A stretch of 64,000 nt of DNA from contig OZ024746.1 of assembly GCA_964016885.1 (NCBI GenBank), positions 41,292,001 to 41,356,000 on the forward strand. Direction: 5' to 3'. The stretch is from Eledone cirrhosa (taxonomy: Eukaryota). Shown piece after piece: positions 53,678-64,000 of the stretch (its first letter is position 1; every line of letters starts with the position of its first letter). The notes beneath the pieces are model-generated. The model saw nothing but the letters and a program-made list of their open reading frames with translations, did not search any database and had not been told where the DNA came from. Made by a program: the position numbers and the translations under genes.

Positions 53678-54965
53678 TACGGTTGTCCCCTGTTATTCGC
53701 GGGGATTACGGTCCTTGAGCAGCCGCGAAGAGTGAAAAACTGCAAATATTAGATGTGGTGCAGAAAAATGCACATATGCATCAAAATATAACGTAAAATA
53801 TAATAGAAAAAGAGGGAGCGTCTTATGCGAAGGGGCGTCTTATGCGAAGGGGCGTCCAATAGGCCAACAAATACGGTATATTGTTATTAATTACCCAGTG
53901 CATAAAGTACCAGTAATCATCATCATCATCACCGTTTTACGTCCGTTCTTCCACGCTAGCATGGGTTAGACGGGTTGTCCTGTTGTGGGCAGTGTCTGGT
54001 CGGCTGACCATGCCTTGCTCATACAGGAACTGATTTGGCTTGATTTCTACAGCTGGATGCCCTTCCTAACACCTACCTCATTTACAGTGAGTGCTGGGTG
54101 CTTTTTTCCGTGGCACCTACACGTCCATTTTACAGTGAGTGCTGGGTGCTTTTTCGTGGCGCCTACACGTCCACTTTACAGTGAGTGCTGGGTGCTTTTT
54201 CGTGGTGCCTACACGTCCACTTTACAGTGAGTGCTGGGTGCTTTTTCGTGGCGCCTACACGTCCACTTTACAGTGAGTGCTGGGTACTTTTTCGTGGTGC
54301 CTACACGTCCACTTTACAGTGAGTGCTGGGTGCTTTTTCGTGGCGCCTACACGTCCACTTTACAGTGAGTGCTGGGTGCTTTTTCGTGGCGCCTACACGT
54401 CCACTTTACAGTGAGTGCTGGGCGCTTTTTCGTGGCGCCTACACGTCCACTTTACAGTGAGTGCTGGGTGCTTTTTCGTGGCGCCTACACGTCCACTTTA
54501 CAGTGAGTGCTGGGCGCTTTTTCGTGGTGCCTACACGTCCACTTTACAGTGAGTGCTGGGTGCTTTTTCGTGGCGCCTACACGTCCACTTTACAGTGTGG
54601 GCTGGGTGCTTCTTTGCCGTGGCACCTCCACGACCACCTTGCGGTTGGGGGTGTGGGGGCATATTGTTTATATGCTTCAGCATGTACCCATGGGAGGTCG
54701 GGTACTCTGTATTACTGCGTGACGCCAGAAGTCACGGTAATGCACTGGGTAATTGCTGGCCTTGTGCCAAAAAGTAGAAACAATTATTGTTATTAATAAT
54801 TTAGCATTAAAAAAATATATATTGCCACAAAAAGACATTAAAAAACTATGATTCCGCAAATATGCGGTGGTTTCCACAAACAATTATTAGTTAGGTTCTA
54901 AGGAAAGTTTCACGAATAACTGGGACCGCGGATGTGAGGATCGCGGATACCAGGGCTACACTGTA
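53678..54965. mobile_element. Tigger-like MITE interrupted by nested SINE and RTE fragments
   Basis: Colinear with 19097-19492 outside 53892-54797. Confidence 0.85.
53918..54736 (-). mobile_element. RTE-A 3' end with an expanded 46 bp minisatellite
   Basis: About 12 units of tttacagtgagtgctgggtgctttttcgtggcgcctacacgtccac (54081-54630). Confidence 0.92.
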
Positions 54966-55575
54966 TATGTGTTAGTCTGATATTTCATATATAATTACAT
55001 ATCAGATGATTGTGGGTGAGTTAAATAAGTATATAACAATTGATATGTGTGTGCACAATTGTGTGTGTACGCATGTGTGTGTACGCATGTTTGTGCGCAT
55101 GTTTGTGCACATGTGTGTATAATTATATATACAATTGTTTGCATAAGGTTGTATATGAATAGGATGTGTGTGTAAATGTGTGTGAGTTTGTATGTGTGTG
55201 TCTGTATGTGTGTGTGTGTGTGTGTGTGTGTTTGTGTATATGTGTGAGTGTGTGTGTGTGTGTGAGTGTGTTCATGTTTGTGTTTGTATGTGTATGAGTG
55301 TGTTCATGTTTGTTTGTGTTTGTGTGTATGTGTGTGAGTGTGTCCATGTTTGTTTGTGTGTATGTGTGTGAGTGTGTCCATGTTTGTTTGTGTGTATGTG
55401 TGTGAGTGTGTTCATGTTTGCATGCGTGCCTTCATGTATGTTAAATTAGCTATATGATTGCATGTGAGAAAGATTTAAGAAAAGTATATGAAACTGTGTT
55501 TGTGCTTTGTCTACAGAGACATGCACATGAAGAAGTATGTGTATGTCCATGTGTGTGAGTATGTGTGCATGTGTA

Positions 55576-55608
<33 letters not shown>

Positions 55609-55613
55609 TTATA

Positions 55614-55696
55614 TACAGGGTGTCCTCCAAAAATGTATACACACTTCAACAGCATTCTAATCAAAGTATGTATACACTTTTTGGTGACACCATGTA
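55614..55696. mobile_element. Tiny Tc1/mariner-type MITE
   Basis: TA-cagggtgtcctccaaaaatgtatacac...tgtatacactttttggtgacaccatg-TA. Confidence 0.7.
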
Positions 55697-55705
55697 TATA
55701 TAAAT

Positions 55706-55740
<35 letters not shown>

Positions 55741-56034
55741 GATATGTATTGGAATTTTGGTGGCGAGAGCTGGTGGTGTTTTGCATAGCTACGCCTTTCT
55801 AAATGTTTATTTATAAGCATACCATATTTCTTTAGAAATACGAAATTCCAATACATATCTGTATACAGCTATGCTTGAAGCTAAATTCTAATTCTATTCT
55901 ATAATAAGTTGAGACAACTTATACAGCTTCATATACAAATGAGATTAATCACCTCATTTACACAGACGTGAAAGGTATATATTTTTGCCTGCTTTCAAAG
56001 TCCAGCAGTTGCAAGAGTGGGGGGGGGGGGGGGG

Positions 56035-56077
56035 ATCGTCCTGATGAGACCAGTTCAGTTCAAAATGCATCGACGAT
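56035..56077 (+). ncRNA. Type I hammerhead motif with G12A core change
   Basis: atcgtc-CTGATGA-gaccagttcagttc-AAAA-tgca-TC-gacgat; perfect 6 bp stem I. Confidence 0.65.
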
Positions 56078-56241
56078 TGTCCCCCTTGCTTCTGCTGGAC
56101 ACTGCCAGGTGCTTTTGCATAGATATGGTTTTTTAAATGTTTATTTATAAACATACCGTATTTCTAAAGAAATACGAAATACTAATACACATCTGTATAC
56201 AGCTATGCTCGAAGCTAAATTCTAATCCTCTCTCTCTATCA

Positions 56242-56336
<95 letters not shown>

Positions 56337-56340
56337 GAAA

Positions 56341-56381
<41 letters not shown>

Positions 56382-56385
56382 GAAA

Positions 56386-56420
<35 letters not shown>

Positions 56421-56429
56421 TAGAAAGTG

Positions 56430-56485
<56 letters not shown>

Positions 56486-56500
56486 TATACACATATATAT

Positions 56501-56623
56501 ATAGGAACGAGTAGGACCCCGACGGCTGAGCTCAAGCCGTTTCGACGGCTAATTCTGGACTAAGTCCAGAATTAGCCGTCGAAACGGCTTGAGCTCAGCT
56601 GTCGGGGTCCTACTCGTTCCTAT
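56501..56623. repeat. 123 bp palindrome containing the 3' half of a hammerhead
   Basis: 61 bp arms, one mismatch; GAAA-cggct-tgagctc-agctg-TC-gggg with no CUGANGA. Confidence 0.85.
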
Positions 56624-56926
56624 TACCCACTCTACTACCCTAAGTATTGAGTACTTTGGTGCGTTATGGTCCACCTGGTTCCTTACCACATTTCCTTCAT
56701 TATATATATATATATATATATAAACACCCAAACACACACACATACATATGTATATATAGATGTATACACAAAGTATGCACATGCATAGTTTGTGTACACA
56801 AGCATGTAATTAATTTCTAAATGAATCTGTTGCATGTTATGTTGTGTGTGTATTTTTGTTTAGATATGTGTGTGTCTGTGTGCCCGTGCATTAATATAGA
56901 CATGCATGCATGATGGTGCACAATAA

Positions 56927-56957
<31 letters not shown>

Positions 56958-57203
56958 TGTATGTATGTATGTATGTATGTATGTATGTATGTATGTATGT
57001 ATGCATGTATTTGTGTGTGTATGTGTGTGTGTGTGTGTGCATGCATGTATGTGTTTTAGGGATACAGTCCTCATCATAACCATAGCACTAATCAATTTCT
57101 CCTCCTCTTTCTCTCTCTCTTTCTGCATGTGTGTCTTTCCATATTTTTTTATCAGTCTGTTTTTTCCTATATACATCTATCTATTTATTTCTTCATTCCC
57201 TCC

Positions 57204-57204
<1 letters not shown>

Positions 57205-57237
<33 letters not shown>

Positions 57238-57301
57238 ATACATACACACACACAAATGTATGTATATATATATATATATACAAATATATATATATATATA
57301 T

Positions 57302-57348
<47 letters not shown>

Positions 57349-57424
57349 AATATATATATATATATATATATTTGTATATATATATATATATATATATATA
57401 CGACAGTATATATATATATATATT

Positions 57425-57468
<44 letters not shown>

Positions 57469-57489
57469 AATATATATATATATATATAT

Positions 57490-57558
<69 letters not shown>

Positions 57559-57581
57559 CAAATATATATATATATATATAT

Positions 57582-57617
<36 letters not shown>
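57205..57617. repeat. (TA)nCAAA compound microsatellite
   Basis: Direct inspection. Confidence 0.95.
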
Positions 57618-57619
<2 letters not shown>

Positions 57620-57761
57620 TGATTATATATAGAAATGACTTCTACAGGACTAGAACTGTTTCAGTCATATGAAATCATCATATATATAATACCCCCACCC
57701 ATCCTCTGACACAACTCGGGAACACACACACAGACACACACACACACATATGTATATATAG

Positions 57762-57815
<54 letters not shown>

Positions 57816-58629
57816 GTTTTTCTCTCTTTTTCTCTCTATATATCCCCTTCTCCTATTATCTCTCTGGCTGTCTCTTTATATTTCTGATTCCTTCCCTAGT
57901 CACCATCTTACTCTCTACATATACCCCCTCCTCTCTTGCACACTATACTCTCCTCTTTTACTCTGTTTCTTTCTCTTTCTCTTTCTTCATCTGTATCCCC
58001 CTCTCTGCTTCACTCTGACATTTTCTACTCTACACACACCCTCCTCTCTTTCTCCCCTTCACTCTGTGTTTAGCACAATCAGTTTGTAAACTCCATTTCT
58101 AATGTTGTTGTTGCTGCTGCTCCTGTTGTTGTTGTTGTTGTTGTTGTTGCTGCTGCTGCTGCTACTGCAAGAGCTATTATTAATTTTCAATCATATGCAA
58201 CTGCATTGATTCTCTGCAGCATTAAGATTATCAGAATTAGAGAGATGCAAAACAACAGCAACCCCATCATCATCACCACCACCATATTTTTCATTGTCAC
58301 CATCATCATTTTCACCAGCAGCAGCAACAGCAGCACCACCACCACCAATACCACCCCCCTCATCATCATCATCATCTTCCACTCATCAAACCCCATAATC
58401 ATTTCCATTGTCCTCATCCTCAACATAATCACCATGTCTTTTGGATGCTTCTACAATTAGTTGGTAGAATGTATGTATCACAGTACTTCTGTTGCTGATT
58501 GTTACTGTTGTGCAATTGTAATTCTGGCAACTGTAATTCTCTCATTTGCCAGAAATGGTTCCATTGAGGTATCTTTTTTTGTTTTTGTTGTTTTGAAGTT
58601 TGTTCATTGATATGTAAATGTGTTGTTGC

Positions 58630-59192
58630 TGTGATAGAAAGCACCCTGTCCACCCTGTAAGATGACAATGTTGGTGTCATGACGAAAAACACCTAGTACA
58701 CCCTGTAAGGTGATAAGGCTGCTAAGATGATGAAAATCTGCCAAGTAATACACCCTGTAAGGCAGTAGTATTGGTGCCATGATGAAAAGCACCCAGTCCA
58801 CTCTGTAAGTTGATAGTGCTGGTGTCACAATGAAAAGCACTTAGTCCACTCTGTAAATAAGTAGAGCAGGGGGCCATGAAAAACACCCAGTTCACCCTGT
58901 AAAGTGATAGTGCTGGTGCCACAATGAAAAGCACCCAGTCCACTCTATAAGGTAGTAAAGACAAAAAAATTCTTCCACTCCCCCCTTGTAAGGTAGAACT
59001 GGAGTCATAATAAAATGCTCTTAGTACATTCTGTAAAATGGCTGGGGTTAGGAAAGGCATCCAGCCATAAAAACCAACACAAAACAGAACATATGAACAA
59101 GATGTGGTTACCTGACTTGGTCCAGTTTCAGAATGTGATATCCTGTCTAACCCATGCCAAGCATTAAAATTTAAACAATGATGATGATGATG
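58630..59192 (+). mobile_element. Old RTE 3'UTR with degenerate tandem ~46 bp units
   Basis: Repeated aaaagcacccagtccactctgtaag; ggttaggaaaggcatccagc; (GAT)n. Confidence 0.75.
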
Positions 59193-59649
59193 TGATGCTG
59201 ATGGGTAAATGGCCAGAAGAAAGATGGGGCAGCTGTTTGCAATGTAATTTCAGTAGGTGTGTGAAGTAGAAGATGATATTAGGGGAGGAGTTGTTTTTGT
59301 TAGCTTGTTTGAAGTATATGGATATGTTGAAGTGGATTGTTTAACCTTTTTGATACCAAACTGATTGAAACTGATTGAAACTGCCCCAAACTGGTTGATA
59401 TTTGAAAATGTGAGAGTCCCAAATGCAGAAAATAACTATAATAATAGTCAATCACTATAAATAGTAACCAAGAAAATTGGGTAAATTACCCTTAGAGATT
59501 GATAAAAGTGGACATTTTCAAATTTCAAACACTCCCAGTTTCAATAACTCATAAGGTTTATAAAACTGTTTATACTGTCTAAAAACCTTCCATCCTCATT
59601 TCATATATGAGACTTATGATTCCATATATGAGAGTTATGTTCCAAACAG

Positions 59650-59850
59650 TGGATTGGCAGTATTAGCAGAGTATTGGACAACATGCTTTGTGGCATATTG
59701 TTATGTCCTTTTACATTCTGAATTCAAATCCAGTGTATTACTGGTGCTTTATTTTATCGACCCCATAAGGATGAAAGGCAAAGCTAACCTAAGCGGGATT
59801 TGAACTCAGAACATAAAGGGCTATAACTCTATGCTACAAAGCATGTTGAA
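59650..59850. mobile_element. Rearranged SINE family A (head on +, body on -)
   Basis: Head and B box on +, then inverted central region. Confidence 0.65.
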
Positions 59851-60487
59851 TAATAATAATAAATTTCTGATGCTTTGTCATAAACTATTTGTGTTCAAGT
59901 ATTGCTCTTAGTTGTATGTCTCTTTATGTATGTTACGAGGCCTCCACCTAGGTTTAGCTTGTCTTGCCTTCATGGAATGTAATCTTGGATTTGATGGATA
60001 TGAATATGGCTATGTCTAACTTTATTCTATTATTTAATTCTTTCATGTGCTTCCTTGCCAATAGATCACTTGTTTGCCTATTTTATGAGTACTTTAAATA
60101 GCAGTGAATTATTTTACTTTACACAGTTTCAAAGCTTACAATTTCATTTAATCCATGATTCTAAGCGAGCTAGCTTTGAAGCCAAATATTTATGTTAAAT
60201 CTCAGTTTATTTTATCTTTTTGAACCTTTTGTCTAACTATGGTGATGTATTTAAATTGAGTCTCCTGGCTAATTCAAACAGTGAATTGGCAGAGTCATCA
60301 GATCATTTGGTAGAATGCTTCAGAATATATATTTTGGTCCTCTTCAATCTGAGTTCAAATCCCATTGAGGTCAATTTTATTTTTCATCTTTTCAAGGTTG
60401 ATTAATAAAGTACCAGTTCATTACTAGGGTCAATTCCCCACCTTCTCATATATGTTCAGACTTGGAAAAAGTTGTGCTCTGCCAGAT

Positions 60488-61073
60488 TTAACCCTTTAGC
60501 ATTTACATTACTTTATCTTTACTATTGTATTTTCACAGTAAAGGTTTTATCTCACATAATATCTCAAATAATACCAAATCTATGAGATTTTGATATTTAT
60601 TTTGAGATCAATACCTTAACATCAGTATGAGCAGCCGATTATGGCAAGTTTGAACAGAAAGAAGTGAGAGATTCTGGCTGGAACCAGCCAGTTTAAATGC
60701 TAAAAGGTTAAATGCCTATATTAATGACTCCACAAGAAGTTAGGGTCCATGGTATAGCTGCTGACTAATCATTGATGTTAGCATCAGTACTTAGTGAGGC
60801 TGTCTTGTATCTCACAAAATTACTCACTACTCTACAATGCCTTAATTTATATTTAACCCTTTAGTATTTACATTACTCTATAGTTCTTATTGTATTTTCA
60901 CAGTAAAGGCTTTACTTCACATAATTATCTCACATATCAATGAGATTTTGATATTATTTATTTTGAGAACAATACTTTAACATATGTATGAGGAGCTGGT
61001 TATGGCCGGTTTGAATAGAAAGATGTGAGAGAATTCTGACCAGATACGGCTGGTTTAAATGCTAAAGAGTTAA
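60488..61073. mobile_element. Two piggyBac-like MITEs (60488-60711 and 60853-61073)
   Basis: ttaaccctttag(c/t)attta...taaatgctaaa..gttaa. Confidence 0.78.
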
Positions 61074-62204
61074 GGCAATGTGCCCATGAAGGGGAATAGA
61101 AGAGAAAACAACAACAGAAGAATGAGTTGAATGGGTGAAAGAAGCCAGAGTGTGATAGGAGAAACTAAAAGTTTGGTGTGAGAGAATGGTAGAGGTAGGG
61201 AGTTAAGGAAGAGAGAACATACTGGATGGAGTAATATAAGAGAGATAGTAATGACAGAGAGTGATGGAAGTGTGACAATGATGGTACCTACATGTTTACA
61301 GATGAGAAGGCTATTTTGGGGAAAAATATTCTTTTGCTTTCTTTATTTCACTTTTATATATAAGATTTTAAAATATGTTTATTCTTGTTATTGATTGACT
61401 TGTATTTCCTCATTTTACCAGATATTGAAAGCTGCTATGATTAAAGGTAACTCATGTCAACAGCAAATAGTCCCCCCCCTCCCCACTATATATATTTTAT
61501 TGGTCTTCATATGTGTATGTGCATGAAGATATAAACATCCCATATACATGCATTATCACATACATTTACATACATAATAACACACATACATTAAGACACA
61601 TACATAGACACACACATATATACAAGCACACATGATAACATATGGCTGTAGGCTTTTGATTAAAAACATATCAACTGTTAGCTTAGTTAACTGATTATGA
61701 TGATGCCCATGATGAATTAGTATGGTTGATCTTTATTACATTATGTCTAGACATTTCTACTCAAATATACTGTCTAAATAGACTGTTAAGATATTACTGT
61801 CCAGTTATTAGAGTCCAAACACTGTCCAAACTTTGATTTTAAAATATTATTGTCAAAAACTAATGTGCAAATATTATTCTGAAATATTACTGTCCAAAGC
61901 TGTTGTCCAAACAATATTGTCAAAACAATATTGTCTAAAACTGCAACTTTGGTAAGACAAGATGCCAATGAGGACAAAGACATGAGTGTAAGAAGTTTGG
62001 TTACACCAAACATCTCGAATGCCATAGATTAAAAAGTATAAATCATCAGCAAATTATGGTATGTTCAGATCTCGTTCTGTTTAGCTAAGGGCACAGTAAC
62101 TGTCACCTCTGCATAACACCTTCAGATGTATAATATAGTGAAAGAATGTTACATTTATCTTAAAGTGATCAGCAAAATGACCTACATTCAGTCAATATGA
62201 TAAT

Positions 62205-62415
62205 TATGCTTTTCATCCTTAAGGGGTCGATAAAATAAAGTACCAGTAATGCACTGGGTAATTGCTGGACTTGTGCCAAAAAGTAGAAACAAATATGATA
62301 ATCCATAATTTTTTTGGCACAAGGCCAGCAATTAACCAGTACATTACTGGTACTTTATTTTATCGACCCCATAAGGATGAAAGGCAAAGTTAACCTCAAC
62401 AGGATTTGAACTCAG
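62205..62415. mobile_element. Two partial SINE family A copies, tail-to-tail
   Basis: Central and tail motifs in opposite orientations. Confidence 0.75.
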
Positions 62416-64000
62416 ATAATCCATAATCATTTCACACTAGAATCAAGGAGCCTACCATATTGACACCATATTCTCCAACAACTCTAAGAATGATAGAGAT
62501 GTGGAGTTACTGATGTTTGCCATACACAGAGTCTCAACCCAATCCCCAGAAAATTTAACATTCACAGAAAGTAAATGAGATTTTGAATATTAATTAGATT
62601 TATTTACAAAAAACAAAACAAAACAAAAAAAGAGTCAAAAATATATTTGAAGTTGTCCCAAATTCTCTGAATTATCTTACTCTAGAACTAATAAAGGAAG
62701 GTCTCTTCTCAGTAGTAGAACTTCAACCACTTTTGTCAAGACACAGGCTCAATTTTATGAGATAGGAAAGTAAAATATATTTTGTATTGTTATATTTGGG
62801 GAGGGTCATGTTGACCTAATATTGCCAGAAAAATATAGTAAAACACACTCAGTGTTTGGTTTGGTTTTTGCTTCAGTATATTTTTATATTTCTATAAATA
62901 ATTGAGCTGGCAATCAATGTTTATCATTGAATGACCAACAGTTAAAAATATAAATATAAATATAACTTTCAAAGTTCTCTTGTCACACATCAAACTGTGA
63001 CATCAAACATAATATATTTTCTCTTTTTTTTTATTTAATCTGTAACTGAAAGACTATTCAGGTAACTTTCTCGTCAGCCTGATACCAGTAGACCAATAAA
63101 CCAGAGGGATTTTCTCTTTTCAAACCTTGCAACAATCTTAATGGATTTCTGTTGTATTATACTTCACTCAGACAATCCACACAGGAAAATGGAACAAGTA
63201 GCTTTACTTCATGGCAGCTGCTGTTTGTCATGATAAGGTCAATATTGAGGTAGTTAAGAGATATTAAATGATTTCACTTGTCAAATATTCTCACTTTCAT
63301 ATATAATTATCACTCCTGATGGCAGAATCTTAAATGCTGATGCTTGATACATAGTGTTAGCCACATACGTCAGACTGGTGAATATTCATCTGGTATTTGT
63401 TATTGAATTTAGTATGTATGATTAACACTTTGCATAAAGCATCCATGTCATCTCTTGAGTAGATAAATACATGCATGTTGACTAACCAAATAAAGAAATA
63501 TAAATTATTATTTCAAGTAAAAATGGAAATAAGTTAGAAAATAAAACACCATTTAAAAAAAAAAAAAAAATTCTCTCCCTATTTGTCACACACATGATAT
63601 ATATCTATAAATATGTATACCATCATTGTGGGCTTTACTGATCTAAGAAATCATACTAGAAACTTTAATTGTTTTTGTTTTGCCTTCTTCTAACATGGAC
63701 TCTCAGATGACTGTGGAGAACCAGATTTGATCCAGTATTCTTGTCATAACAACTTGGTCTTACATAGGCCAGGATGCTATGGCCATAATCCTTTTTAAGA
63801 TTTCCCTGAAAATTGAACAAGCATCAAGTAATGTTTCTTGTATCATAATAAGGATTTTGTAACTCTGACTCGTGTGATTTCAGATGGTTGACAAATCCAG
63901 CACTTGATTGAAGAAATCAGTCATATATATTGCACCTCAATTCCTGCTGGATTGCTGCAAGACCTTAGATAAGACTTTTCCTACCAATTCAAGCAGACTT

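Noticed and set aside
54081-54630. CRISPR-like regular repeat
   Set aside because: Head-to-tail units with no unique spacers, inside a LINE 3'UTR, in eukaryotic DNA
57636-57682. Minus-strand TGATGA..GAAAcag..ctgTA motif
   Set aside because: Lacks C3 and the stem I 5' strand; possibly a truncated hammerhead but unsupported
58187-58460. Possible His/Gln-rich host exon
   Set aside because: Mixed CAN trinucleotide low complexity with no domain or convincing splice context
63690-64000. Minus-strand zinc-finger-like remnants (SAGFVNHLKSH)
   Set aside because: Interrupted by stops and too degenerate to call; perhaps an old LINE end

Overview
AT-rich, microsatellite-saturated animal genomic DNA. 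The repeat content points to a cephalopod, probably Octopus (inference). No host protein-coding exon could be supported; the window is mostly mobile elements and their remnants. It holds RTE-clade LINEs with a PHD-like Cys/His finger inserted inside the RT domain (one near full-length, two long 5'-truncated, several 3' fragments), a near full-length L1/Tx1-clade LINE with intact ORF1 and frameshifted ORF2 in a (TAA)n tract, an R4/Dong REL fragment, two tRNA-derived SINE families, mariner, Tigger-, piggyBac- and Helitron-type remnants, and decayed Penelope RT pieces. The most notable signal is not in the ORF track: about ten sequence-diverse type I hammerhead ribozyme motifs, mostly in short islands between (TA)n tracts. 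Two of them sit in near-perfect 360 and 442 bp palindromes that both fold at CATATG, and a partial one lies in a 123 bp palindrome. There is also a 2.7 kb satellite built from four CATG-terminated words. All structures were read by eye, and family assignments are from motif recognition, not database searches.
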